This document shows positions 1 to 12,162 of a DNA stretch of 58,624 nt, one piece after another. Position 1 is the first letter of the stretch; each line of letters opens with the position of its first letter. The translations under genes were made by a program, and so were the position numbers. Below the pieces are notes generated by a model. The model did not search any database. It saw nothing but the letters and a program-made list of their open reading frames with translations, and had not been told where the DNA came from. The stretch covers positions 110,393,187 to 110,451,810 of the forward strand of contig NC_052162.1 of NCBI RefSeq assembly GCF_902713615.1, written 5' to 3'. The DNA is from Scyliorhinus canicula. Its lineage: Eukaryota.

Positions 1-1463
1 CTCATTCCTGCTCCTCGTTCTTATAGTCTTATGTTCTTATGAATTTGGCATGTTTGAACCAAGAAAAAATACAAAAGTGGTTCAAATCATGTTCATGTGT
101 CTCTGTTGGCTTTATTTTTAGTGGTAAATTTTGATCAGAGCAGTGTTCATCTTCATAGTGAGTTCCAACTGAGTCTGAAAATAATGGTGTGTATAGGGCC
201 ATGTTCATATTCACGATATCATGGTTTCAGTCATTACAGCCCTATAAGTAACACTAGGTTGTCTGTCAGGCTAACATAATACATTTTTTCACTGTTCTTA
301 TTATACTCGACGTTTACGCAGGTAACACATGTGCGTCTGTGTGTGTGAGAGAGAGTACTTGTGTGTGAGATAGTCTGTGTGAGTCTTTGTGAGTGTGTCT
401 GTTACCTGTGTGTGAGAAAGAGAGTATGTGAAAGTGCATGTGTATGTGTGCGTGTGAGAGCGAGAGTTTGTGTGCGAGGTAGGCTCAGTGTGACTATGAG
501 CGTGTGTGTTCAGCTAACACAAATCATTCTTAATAATTCTATGTGAATTGAATAATGAAAAATGATTGTCCTTTTCAATTATGGTTCAAACTTTGATTTC
601 CTTTTATTCAACGTATAGCCTTCGCTCATTTCACAAAACGAATATTTGCTGATATTCAATCAATGTTCTCCTCTTGTTATGAAATCATTGTACCACAGAT
701 CATTCAATAATCAGGAGAGGTTTGTCAGTCCTCAAAATTCAGTTAGAAAATTGATTACTCAAATTTTGGATAATGAACAAATTGATCCCCTCCACCTTCA
801 GATGCTTCATCAGTGACCTTTCTTCCAACATAAGTTGGTGTGGGCATGGGCAGGTTCGCTAATGATTGCACAATATTCAGCACCATTCGTGACTCCTTAG
901 ACACTGAAGTAGTCCAAATGCAGCAATACCTAGAAAATATCCAATCGTGGGATGACAAGTGAAGGTAACATTAGCGCCACAGAAATGGAAGTCAATTACC
1001 ATCTCCAATAAGGAAGAATCAACCCATCGCCCGTTGACATTAGATGGAATTACCGTCTCTAAAACCCACATTATCAACATCGTGTGGGTTGCAAGTGACC
1101 ACAGACTGAACTGGAAGAGCAATAGAAATCATGTGGCTACAAGAGCAGGTCAGAGACGAGGAATCCTGCTGCGCATAACTCACCTCCTGACACCCCAAAG
1201 CCAGTCCACCACCCACAAGGCACAGATCAGGATAGTGATTAAATGCTCCCCACTTGCGTGGATGAGCGGAATCCCAAAAACATTCAAGAAGATAGGCAAC
1301 ATCGAGGGCAAAGAAACCAACTTGAATGAAATCCATTGCACAAGTTTCCACTCCCTCCACCACCAACACACAGTAGTAGCGGTGTGTGTACCATCTACAG
1401 GATGCACTGCAGGAACTCACCAATGCTTACAAACCCACGAGCACTAGAATTGTGAAGGAGAAG

Positions 1464-1555
1464 GGCGGCACGGTAACCAATGATTAGCACTTTGCTTCAC
1501 AGCTCCGGGGTCCCAGGTTCGATTCCCAGCTTGGATCACTGTCTGTGTGAACTCT
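1464..1555 (+). mobile_element. Truncated V-SINE/HE1-type SINE
   Basis: tRNA-derived head (GGGCGGCACGGT...GGTTCGATTCCC) only. Confidence 0.7.
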
Positions 1556-1633
1556 AACACCACTAACTGGAAGACATCCCTATCCAAGACATTTACCATC
1601 CTGATTTAAAAATTTATCACCGTCCCTTCATTT

Positions 1634-1964
1634 GGGCAGCATGGTAGCATGGTGGTTAGCATAAATGCTTCACAGCTCCAGGGTCCCAGGTTCGATTCCC
1701 GGCTGGGTAACTGTCTGTGTGGAGTCTGCACGTCCTCCCCGTGTGTGCGTGGGTTTCCTCCGGGTGCTCTGGTTTCCTCCCGCAGTCCAAAGATGTGCGG
1801 GTTAGGTGGATTGGCCATGCTAAATTGCCCGTAGTGTCCTAAAAAGGTAAGGTTAAGGGGGTGGTTGTTGGGTTATGGGTATAGGGTGGATATGTGGGTT
1901 TGAGTAGGGTGATCATTGCTCGGCACAACATCGAGGGCCGAAGGGCCTGTACTGTTCTATGTTC
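1634..1964 (+). mobile_element. Full-length V-SINE/HE1-type SINE with CR1-derived tail
   Basis: tRNA-like head with B box GGTTCGATTCC, central core GTGGGTTTCCTCCGGGTGCTC...CAGTCCAAAGATGTG, and tail GGGCCGAAGGGCCTGT...GTTCTATGTTC. Confidence 0.9.
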
Positions 1965-2689
1965 ACTGTCGCTGTATCAAAATCCTGAATTTCGCTGCCT
2001 CATGGCACAGTAGGTGTACCTGTACCTCTGCGATTGCACCTGTCCACCATCGCCTTCTCAAGGGCAATTAGAAATGGGCAACAAATTGTGGTCTAGCCAT
2101 CGAAGCCCACATCCTTATCAATGAATTTTTAAAAAGACATTGCCCTTCGTGGATTATTTTTAATTAACCATCAAAGCATCCCGGGAACCTGTCAATATCT
2201 ACATCGGCCACTGGATGATTTTTCCGCGTTGCATTAGAAGTGAAAATCTAACCACACCTGATCTGTAGTTAATTCCACGGATTATTTCCTTCACCTGGCA
2301 AGAAATGTAAAATTATCCGACAACAAACTGCATCTATATACTATCGTAATTTGCACAAAGTTCACTCACAAAACCATTAACATACTAAATTCGACACCAG
2401 GTGGCCATAAGTAGACACGGCCAGTTGATCATACATTTATTCTGCTACGAAACATTTAATAGGGATCGCAAAGAGCAGAGAGGGAGAGATTTTAGGGGGG
2501 AATTCCAGGCCCCAAGCACTAATGTTGCAGTGATTGGATTAACGGATCAAAAGATGCGACAATGGGAGAAAGTTAGAACTATGGGAGCATTTTAAGGCTG
2601 AAGAAGGTTAAAGGGACGAGGGGGAACGATTAGAGGAATTAGGAATATGATAATTTAATTATTGATGCATTTCTAACAGAGAGTCAAGG

Positions 2690-5046
2690 TGAGCTGAGGT
2701 GGCAGGTATCGTGGCTTCGAGATCAAGGATACGTCCTGCTGATTACCAGGTACCGCCCACCCTTGGGCATAGGGGTTAACACAATTGCTTCAAAGCTCCA
2801 GGGTCCAAGGTTTGATTCCCGGCTTGGGTCACTGTCTGTGCGGAGTCTGCACGTTCTCACCGTGTGTGCGTGGGTTTCCTCCTGGTGCTCCGGTTTCCTC
2901 CCACAGTCCAAAGATGTGCAGGTTAGGTGGATTGGCCATCCTAAATTTCCCTTAGTGTCCGAAATTGCCCTCAGTGTTGGGTGGGATTACTCGGTTATGG
3001 GTTATGGGGATAGGGTGGAGGCGCGGATGCTCTTGGGTAGAGTGCTCTTTCCAAGAGCCAGTGCAGACTCGATGGGCCGAATGGCCTCATTCTGCACTGT
3101 AAATTCTAAGCTTCTATGTTCAGCTGATGAATCAGTCCGCCCCCATATTGATTACCACGTGGAGGAAGTACTGAGGGATGATAGGGCGCAGCCTATGCTC
3201 CAGGTGGGGGACTTCAGTGTCGATCACCAATTGTGGCTCGGTAGGACCACCTGTCCGGGTCCTAAAAGACATATCTGCTAGACTGGAACTGCAGCAGGTG
3301 GTGAGGGTACCAACAAGAGGGAAAAACTTACTTGACCTCATCCTCACTAACCTGCCTGCTGCAGATGCATGTGCCCATGGCAGTATCGGTAGAAGTGACC
3401 ACACTGTCCTTGTGGAGACAAATTTCCGTATTCACATTGAGGATACCCTACATGGTGTTGTGTGGCACTACCACTGTGTTAAATGGGATAGACATCGATC
3501 AGATCTTACAAATCGTTACTGGGTATCCATGAGGCACTGAGGAGCATCAACAGCAACAGAATTGTATTCAACCACATGTGGAACCTTTTGGCCCTGTATG
3601 TCCCCCACCTACCATTACCACCAAGCCAGGGAAGCAACCCTGGTTCAATGAAGAGTGCTGCAGGAGAACATGCCAGGAACAATATAAGGCTGCACCTACA
3701 ACACAGTACTACTGGTATGCCAAAGCGTATAAGCAGCAAGTAATAGACAGATCTGGATTATCCCACAATGAACGCATCATATCTAAGCACTGTAGTCCTG
3801 CCACATCCAGTCGTGAATTGTGTTGGACAATAAACAACTCACTGGAGAAAGAGTCTCGACACATATCTCCATCCTCAATGATGGACGAACCCAGCACATA
3901 TGTGCAAAAGAAAAGGGTCAGGCATTCGCAACAATCTTCAGCCAGAGGTCAGCATCACAGATGCCAGTCTTCAGCCGATACAATTCACTCCACGAAATTT
4001 CAAGAAGTGGCGCATTTCACTGCTGGATGCGGCAAAGGCTATGCTTCCTGACAACATCCCGGCAATAGTACAGACGACTTGAGCTCCATAAATTGCTGCA
4101 CCGCTAGCCAAACTGCTCCCGCACAGCTACAACACTAGCAGCTGCCTGGCAATTTGGAATATTGCCCAGGTGTGTCCTGTGCACAAGAAATAGGACATAT
4201 CCAATCCAGCCAATGACCACGCTATCAGTCTCCTCTCTATCATCAGCAAAGTGATAGAAAGAGTTATCAACAGTGCTACCAAGCGGCACTTACTCAGCAA
4301 TAACCTGCTCGCGGGCACTCAGTCTGATTTTAGGCAGGGTCACTCAGCTGCTGACCTCATTACAGCCTTGGTTCAAACATTGACAAAAGAGCTGAATGCC
4401 AGAGGTGAGGTGAGACTGACTGCCCTTGACATCAATGCGGCATTTGACCGAATATGGCATAAGGAGCCCTAGCTAAACTGGAGTCGATGGGAATCAGGAG
4501 GAAAACTCTCTGCTCGTTGGAGTCATAATTGGCACAAAGGAAGATGGTTGTGGTGGTTGGAGTCCAACCGTCTCATCTCCAGGACATCACTGCAAGAGTT
4601 CCTCAGCGTGGTGCCCAAGGTGCAAACATCTTCAGCTGCTTCAGCAACGACCTCCCTTGCATCATAAGGTCAGAAGTTGGGGTGTTTGCGGATGACTGCA
4701 AAATGTTGAGTGCCATTCGCGACACTATAGAAAAAGAAGAAGTCCATGTCCAAATGCAACAAAACCTGGACAATGTCCAGGCTTGGGTCGACAAGTGGCA
4801 TGTTACATTCGCACCACAAAGTGCCATGCAAAGACCATCTCCGACAAGAGTGGGTTCAACCTCCACTCGTTGATACTGAATGACACTACCGTCGCTGTAT
4901 CCCCCACGATCAATATGCTGTGTGTTATCATTGTTTAGAAACCTAACTGGAATATCCATATTAATATTTTAGCTACCAGGGCAGATCGAAGTGTAGCAAT
5001 CCTACGGCAAATAATTCATAACTCTTGAGCCCCCCCCCCCCCTCTA

Positions 5047-5079
<33 letters not shown>

Positions 5080-5685
5080 GCCTGTCCACCATCTATAAGC
5101 CAAAAGTCAGACGTTTAATGGAATACTCTCCACTTGTCTGGATGAGTGCAGCTCCAACAACACTAGATGCTCGATACCATCCAGCACAAAGCAGCCGGCT
5201 TGATTACTCCCCCTTCCACAAACCCTGGTCCAATGGCAGTGGGTTATCGTAGGTATTTTCTTACAAGGTCAGTTACAGATTTCGTTGTTCTTTCTTGCAC
5301 AAACATTCAAATCCCCCAACACCGGCAAACACTGGCAGCGGTGTGTACCATCTACAAGATGCACTGCAGTATCTCACCAAAATTCCTTAGACTGCACCTT
5401 CCAAACACACGACCGCTACCATTTCGAACAAGTGCAACAGATACCTAGGAACCCCACTACCTGGAGGTTCCCATCCAAGTCATTCATCCTGATCTGGAAG
5501 TATATCTCCTTCACTGTCGTTGGGGCAACATCCTGGAGCTCCCACCCTAACAGCACAGTTAGTGGACCTACACGTCAAGGACTGCATCGGGTCAAGAAAG
5601 AAACTCACCACGAACTTCTGAAGGTGAACAAGTAATGGGCAATAAACGCTGGCCTAACCAGCCGCGCCCACATCCTGTAATTAAA
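2690..5685 (+). mobile_element. Decayed CR1/L2-type LINE (endonuclease + RT + 3' end), with a SINE inserted at about 2763-3118
   Basis: Endonuclease motifs (YRPP..SADES, GDFS, PTRGKNLLDLILTNLP), KPGKQPWFNEEC, RT motifs (ALDINAAFDRIW, FADDCK), and many stops and frameshifts. Confidence 0.88.
2763..3118 (+). mobile_element. V-SINE/HE1-type SINE nested in a LINE
   Basis: Core motif and tail GGGCCGAATGGCCTC..TTCTGCACTGTAAATTCTA. Confidence 0.88.
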
Positions 5686-5742
5686 TGTTTCAAAATGATA
5701 TTCCAATGAGACTTGTTGCAGCATTTATAACGAGCTCCAACC

Positions 5743-6062
5743 GTGAGCCGCACGGTAGCACAGGTGGATAGCACTGTGGCTTCACAGCGCCTGTGTCCCA
5801 GGTCCGCTGGGTCACTGTCTGTGAGGAATCTGCACGTTTTCCCCGTGTCCGTGTGGGTTTCCGCCGGATGCTCCGGTTTCCTCCCACAGTCCAAAGACTG
5901 TCCAGTCCAGGTTAGGTGGATTGGCCAGGATAAATTGCTCTTCATGACCATAAAGGTTAGGAGGGGTTAGTGGGTTCCGTGGAAGTGGGGGCGTAAGTGG
6001 GTCAGTGCAGACTCGATGGGCTGAATGGCCTCCTTCTGCACTGTATATTCTGTGTTCTATTT
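5743..6062 (+). mobile_element. V-SINE/HE1-type SINE
   Basis: Head, core and CR1-type tail. Confidence 0.85.
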
Positions 6063-7904
6063 AAGAATGGTTGGACATAGGAAAATATGACAATATTACA
6101 CTTTATGGGTGACAAAGCCGTCACCACCGTAATTCTACGCTCGTTGCAATTCAGCGGATTTCTCACCGTTTATTCGACAAATATTTTAAAACAAATGACA
6201 TTCGGGACTATTTCCTCCATGTCCTTTTATATTGGTGCCATTAACCTTTCAGCGTCCATATGCATTCACTACTACAGAACATCAGTCGCAAGTTGTACTC
6301 CCTGGTCTTTCTTTGTCATACAGGCCGAGAAACAGGAATTACACCACAGGGATTGGAGTCGTTCAAGTTGGTAACTCACCATCAAGTTCTGATGGGTTAC
6401 TCGCGATGGGTAATAAATGCTGGTCTAACTAGCGACGCCCACATTTCGTAAATGTATACATTTTAAAAAGGTTTGTGCCACCGCGACTGTGTGAAAGACA
6501 CATCATCTGTTATTAATGCCAAGGAATTGTGATCCCGGGGATGCCTGTTACATTGGCCTAGAATTTGGGTTAGTGCTTCCAGGATATTCGCTATCAGGTA
6601 AAACTGGAAGCAATCGCCTGGGTTTCACCATCCAGATAGGCATATGTCGTTAGGCCTATTTTCGGGAGCTAATTACCATGGTATGGGCTTTCTGGTGAGT
6701 CAACTGGATCCACGATCTTAAAACTATCGGGGGGTTTGTGCATCCTCGTGTTTAAAATATTTCCTAACCTCTACAAACTACTTAAACGTTTATATTTCCT
6801 ACAGTGTTGGAAAGACCAAATGATCTGAGAATCGTCTTTCTGGTTGTGAAAAGTGGTGTGTCAGGAGAGTTTGACAGTTTCAGAGGATTCGTGGTCTTGC
6901 TACTTCAGAGAGGTTATTGATTCTGGCAATCCATCGCATTTGTTTGTTCCATATTAACCAATTGGGAAGTGACTGGACTGTGTGAACCGACTGTTGCTGG
7001 GTTCATCTGTGAATGCATAGCTTCCATTGCTAATGCCTGGGCTCTAGTTGTGTTTACCATGTCTGATCAATCGGCTAGAAACAGCTTGTTGCCTTTTCTG
7101 TACAGAATCCACAGATGTTTCCGCTAAAATTCAATGTGAATTATCACCCCTCCCTGCTGTTGCGATCTTGGGTTTCGTTCACAAACTGTTGAGGAGAGAT
7201 ATGGATTCTGGAAATTGAATTTGGTGTCAGGCACGTGTTTAGAAAATAATGAATCGGATTATCCAAAAAGTTTGAAACTCTAATTAATGAAGGACAATTT
7301 GACTCTGTTAATTGTGGAGCTCTTTTGCAATCCTGTAGAAGGCACTGTCAGCTGTACTGGTATCAAACAGATATTAATAATACAATAAACGATGTAAGAT
7401 CAGTGCTTGATCCTATTCATAATATTCAACTTGTCCGTATAACCGGGAGTCTGCCGAGTTAAAAATTCAGTCCGGATGCAGATTGGAACTCAAATTATCA
7501 ACAAAGATCTGAGAAAAATTTTAATGGCAGTGCTTATATTTCAAAATGAAATCCGTTCTGTTACAGCTCCATGAAACCAGTTCTTCGTATCTTAATATCT
7601 GAAGACACAATTTATATGATTTCTCTTTCCTCGTTGAATATCGATATTTTTTAAAAAATCAAACTTCATGCTCTTAACCTCTGGACATAAATTTTATGTA
7701 ATGTGTTTATATTGATCGATATTGACTAATTTTCAAGATGTTCCCATCGTTTGTGGAATAAATATTTCACAACGAATAGAATACGGAAACGCATGGATCT
7801 AATTTTTCAATAAATTAGGCTACCTGAGTTGTTTAGTCTCATCAGACAAAACGGAACAGTGTAACAGCCAACTTCTCCCAGTTAGTATAGCTCAGTGTGA
7901 AATG

Positions 7905-8232
7905 AAGCAACATGGTGGTACAGTGGTCAGCACAGTTGTTTCACAGCTCCAGGGTCCCAGGTTCGATTTCTGGCTTGGTTCACTGTCTGTACGGGGTCTG
8001 CCCGTTCTCCTAGTGTCTTCGTGGGTTTGCTCCAGTTTCCTCCCACAGTCCAAAGATGTGCAGGTTCGGTGGATTGGCCATGATATATTGCCCTTAGTGT
8101 CCAAAAAAGGTTGAATGGAATTATTGGGTTGCAGGGATAGTGTGGAGGCGTGGTCTTAAGTGGGGTGCTCTTTCCAAGGGCCGGTGCAGACTCGGTGGGC
8201 CGAATGGCCTCCTTCTGCACTGTAAATTCTAT
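7905..8232 (+). mobile_element. V-SINE/HE1-type SINE
   Basis: Head, core and tail GGCCGAATGGCCTCCTTCTGCACTGTAAATTCTAT. Confidence 0.88.
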
Positions 8233-8968
8233 TATATGAAACAACAAACTTCACACAGATAAACTAAGATTGAGTGGCCCATTGATTCAGGGCGGATTAC
8301 TTGAAAGCGAAGCTGCACATATAACGCTGGATTAGATCTCCTAATGCGTTATTATTCCAGAAATTACGATGTGCAGGAACACATATCTATATGTATACAT
8401 ACTTTTCATCCCAAAAAATTTTCCCAAAGAGATTAAGAACGGTTAGTTGTTATGTAGCGCCTGTTACGAAGTTAGGCTAATCTCAAAGTACTTTTCAGGC
8501 AATGGGGATTGTCGCTTTTGAAATATATAATCGCCATTATAGTGCACAGGAGGACAGCCGTGAATATGTGCCCAGAACGATCCAAAAAGACTGCGATGTG
8601 ACAGATCATCGGATAATCTGAATTAAGGATTCTGGTTGAAGTACATGTATTGGAATAGAGGAGATAGAGCTCATGACCTTATAAAATATTTGGAGTGTTT
8701 TTTGGGAATGGAAATATTGACACCGATTCAATTTTAAACTAAATACGTGGGACAGGCGATGCCTCTTTCATTACAGCAAGTCGACAACCAAACATCGTAT
8801 TCTGTGTGTGTGTGGGGCGGGGGGGGGGGAGACATGGATCTATCACGTTTGATAATTGGTTTTTTTTTCCTGCAGTCAGACAGGAAGACAGAGGAGGAGT
8901 CAGACTGCTCTGGGGGACGCGGTGACTCGCAATCTCCAACTCTCTCTGCCATACGGATGTCGAGCCAG

Positions 8969-8976
8969 TATAAATA
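8969..8976 (+). promoter_or_regulatory. TATA box of the IgH V promoter
   Basis: TATAAATA lies about 90 bp upstream of the leader ATG at 9064. Confidence 0.7.
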
Positions 8977-9063
8977 TTTCGACCGTTCAGCTTCAGGTTC
9001 ACGATCAGAAGACGTTGTTGCAGCGTCGAGATCCGTTCCGAGTCAGTTCTACCCAGAGGCAGA

Positions 9064-9112
9064 ATGATGGGATTCGTGCCGTGTCTCTGCTTCTTCCTGA
9101 CGACTTTTGCCT
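9064..9112 (+). CDS. IGHV: Ig heavy-chain leader exon (MMGFVPCLCFFLTTFA + first base of Y)
   Basis: ATG at 9064 opens a hydrophobic signal peptide. The phase-1 donor T|GTGTGT at 9113 joins in frame to the acceptor AACAG|AT at 9236. Confidence 0.85.
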
Positions 9113-9235
9113 GTGTGTATTTCTGACTAAATAGCGACGCAATAGACGTCTGCTTATGATCTGATATCGTACAGTTATTTATTGTAATTTATTTAATTGT
9201 TATCTAATACCATTGTATTGTCTATTAACTAACAG

Positions 9236-9537
9236 ATGCCCAGTCAGAGATCGTACTGACCCAGTCGGCTTCTGTGACGATAAAGCCCGGCGAATCTCAT
9301 AAACTGTCCTGTTCAGTCAGCGGCTTCAGTCTGGACAGTTACTATGTGCACTGGGTTAAACAAGTTCCCGGAAAAGGGTTGGAGTGGCTCCTTGCTTATC
9401 ATAAACCGTCGAGTACCACGTATTACGCGCCTGGAGTCGAAGGTCGAATCGTCCCATCAAGAACGTCGACCATTACCTACATTCAGATCAACAATCTGAG
9501 ACCCGAAGACACGGCCATGTATTACTGTGCAAGAGAC
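9236..9537 (+). CDS. IGHV: Unrearranged Ig heavy-chain V segment (IgW-like framework)
   Basis: Open frame AQS-EIVLTQSASVTIKPGESHKLSC...HWVKQVPGKGLEWLL...EDTAMYYCARD, with both canonical Cys and the Trp, followed directly by an RSS. Confidence 0.95.
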
Positions 9538-9576
9538 CACAGCGACTTGAACACATCCGGAGCCCGTACAGAAACC
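9538..9576 (+). other. V 3' RSS (23-bp spacer)
   Basis: CACAGCG + 23 bp + ACAGAAACC. Confidence 0.93.
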
Positions 9577-9909
9577 GAAGAATAGTAATTACAGTGAACC
9601 ATAGGTCAGTATTTAACCAAAAAATTGAAACGTATTTAACCTAACTTGTAAAATTGCATCGCTTACAAAATTCAACTGGGAAAGAATTAAAAGATAAAAT
9701 CTAAGTACGTATAGACACTGAGCATTGTTATGTTAGAATTCATCACTTGGGGCTAAATGGAAAATAATGTTATTTTATGAATGGGAATGAGTTTAGTCGA
9801 AAGCTGTGCCTGTCAGTAAAACTTGTAGATGGATTATAATCAAAATCTTCAAAACTTTCTGTTTACTGAATGGGTTCATTCGTAAATTCAGTGATCACTG
9901 ATTGTGTGC

Positions 9910-9989
9910 AGTATTTGTACTGGTTCATGACACTGTGGCACAATCTGGGGGCACGGCGCTGTACATAGCGAGCTCCTCATACAAAAACC
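9910..9989 (+). other. IGHD: D1 segment (coding 9938-9951, GCACAATCTGGGGG) with 12-bp 5' RSS and 22-bp 3' RSS
   Basis: AGTATTTGT-12bp-CACTGTG | D | CACGGCG-22bp-ACAAAAACC. Confidence 0.9.
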
Positions 9990-10299
9990 ACAGAAACTGG
10001 ATTTCCTCAAATGTAACATGAGGACCATAGGAAGAATATCAACGAAGAAGTAAACTAACCAGAAAGATGCGAAATAAGTAATATGGTATTGACAAATTGC
10101 ATTAAAGTCTCCGTTTCCCCTCATTTTCATTGTCATGTCAAAGATGAGCAAAGGCTTGTTAAGCATTGTGAAAAGATTTATGTACAAAATGACCACTATT
10201 CTCTGAGATGTTACAGTGAGTCATTCTCAGTAACTGCAATAACTTTTAAAGAGCCCTGTGTAGTTTAGTCCCGGTATTTTAGCGTTAAAATTCAGCCGC

Positions 10300-10367
10300 A
10301 GTATTTGACATGGCGTGTCTCATCGTGATATACTGGGGGCACAGCAATTACTGTCAATACAAAAACC
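10300..10367 (+). other. IGHD: D2 segment (coding 10328-10339, ATATACTGGGGG) with 12-bp RSS on both sides
   Basis: AGTATTTGA-12bp-CATCGTG | D | CACAGCA-12bp-ACAAAAACC. Confidence 0.9.
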
Positions 10368-10672
10368 AGCTCAGCGCTAGTTGGTTGAATTTACATTTGG
10401 TCTGGATATGTATGAAGCCCTATGTCTATCCAGAACATCTAAAGTGACATGCTCAAGGTGTCATAGTCTAATACTTAATACATTTTCAGTTTCTCATTCC
10501 AATACATGGTCTTGAGTTAATCAGCGAAATATAACATTTCAGGATAATTTCTGAACTTAAAACATGTATTAACCACATTTATCATTTTGATAAGATACAT
10601 CATCATTTTAGTTTGCTTCTCGCTTAGCAACACTTAAACTAATTATGCATTTCTCCCGTTATGTGCAAGAGC

Positions 10673-10711
10673 AGTTATTGTGTGACTCAGACCAGCGAAT
10701 GTAAGACTGTG
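10673..10711 (-). other. J 5' RSS (23-bp spacer)
   Basis: AGTTATTGT-23bp-GACTGTG directly precedes the J coding sequence. Confidence 0.9.
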
Positions 10712-10759
10712 ACTATCTTGACTACTGGGGACAAGGAACCATGGTGACGGTGACTTCAG
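10712..10759 (+). CDS. IGHJ: Ig heavy-chain J segment YLDYWGQGTMVTVTS
   Basis: WGxG motif and donor CAG|GTAAGA at 10760. Confidence 0.96.
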
Positions 10760-11961
10760 GTAAGAAACATTCCCTCATCCTAGGCTGTTGGTTTTTTGTC
10801 ATTAATTTATATTTATGTTTCTTTTAATAATTCATGTATTTCACCAGATCTCTTGAGTAGGTGGATTCTGTGTTCTCAATAGTTCAATTGTTCATGCCGC
10901 AAAGCTATGGGCTGTCAAGGAGTTGCATTGGTGATGTGGTTTTTATCTGCTGATGAGATTTTGGCCCGGTTTACTTTAAATACAGGAGTTTTGTTAAACA
11001 GTTTGGCGTTTCTATCAGGTTTAATCTTTGTGACATCTGAGTGCTGCGAGGTTTATGAAGGAAACATACGTTTGATAAGATTTGAAATGTGATTTCAGGC
11101 CGAAAAACCATGCAAAAAACAATTCAAAACGCTGTTTTAAAGTGAATTGAGTCACTTTTTGGTTTGCATAAAACATTGCAATATATGAGTATACTATTGA
11201 CGAACGTTCATCTTTAATAAGAGAAAAGCTACAATAATAAGAGAAAAAATAAGAATACATCTGTTGCCTGGATAGAGCTTAAATTAATAAAAATTACCAA
11301 AATTACGGCTGTTATTCCTAAAATAAATGCTGTGAAAATTAACAGCGATATATTAAACATGGTACGTTCAAAGTTAATTATTTTGCCATAATTTCATGTT
11401 TCTGTTTATTTCAATAAATGATTGGCAGGCAGCTTAGGTGCAATGTTTTGAGATTCATTTGAAATGTTACATTTGATTTTGTTGAAGGATTTAAAGAAGT
11501 ACGCAGCTGTTACATTGAGTCTATTGGTGATGTGATTTACTGTTTATTGGCTGAGGAGAAAATGTGTCTGTGGTACTTGAAATACCTGACGTTAATGAGA
11601 CTGGTAATTATGTGGTGTTCATTGCAGATCACGACCAAATGATGTTGGTTCTGTATTTAAGCGTGTTTGAAAGACACTGCAGAGAGAAAAGATACGTTTT
11701 CTGAATCAATAAATATTTCTGGATATCAGACGCATTTTTGTTGATGTGACAAATACAGATTTAGCTACAGTATTCATATCTTGAATATGATACCCCTATG
11801 AAGTGACACCATAATGCTGAAGTACTGAGTTAAATGATTTGAAGGATGTGGGAGAGTGAAATTACTATAACACAGACAATATAATGCGATAATATGGCGC
11901 AAGATTACTAGAATAAGAATAGCATCAATATACATTCATTCGCATTATTAATACAAATTAT

Positions 11962-12162
11962 TTAAAAATCTGCAGCATCTGGTAGCATTTGTAGAGAGCG
12001 AAAAAGAAACATTAGGAGTCTAATTGCGTCTTTTCTGCTGCATATAGACTCGAAACGTTGCCTTTCTATCTCTCCTCCACTGATTTTGTCAGACCGGCTG
12101 AGTTTATCCAGCATTTTCGTTCTTACTTCAGATTTCAGGCATCTGCAATATTTTGCTTTTAA
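11962..12162. mobile_element. Decayed Penelope-type inverted-repeat element
   Basis: Imperfect inverted arms (CAGCATCTGGTAGCATTTGTAGAGAG / CTCTCCTCCACTGATTTTGTCAGACC...GCTGAGTTTATCCAGCATTTT) around GACTCGAAACGTT. The family assignment is from recall. Confidence 0.45.

Larger units (their letters stand above)
785..2135 (+). mobile_element. 3' fragment of a CR1/L2-type LINE, interrupted by two SINEs
   Basis: RT C-terminal motifs (QQYLENIQSWDDK*KVTLAPQK, AVCVPSTGC) and the same 3' end as the copy at 2690-5685. Confidence 0.7.

Noticed and set aside
1634-1710. tRNA-like A/B boxes at SINE heads as tRNA genes
   Set aside because: They continue into SINE core and tail and do not form complete cloverleaves.
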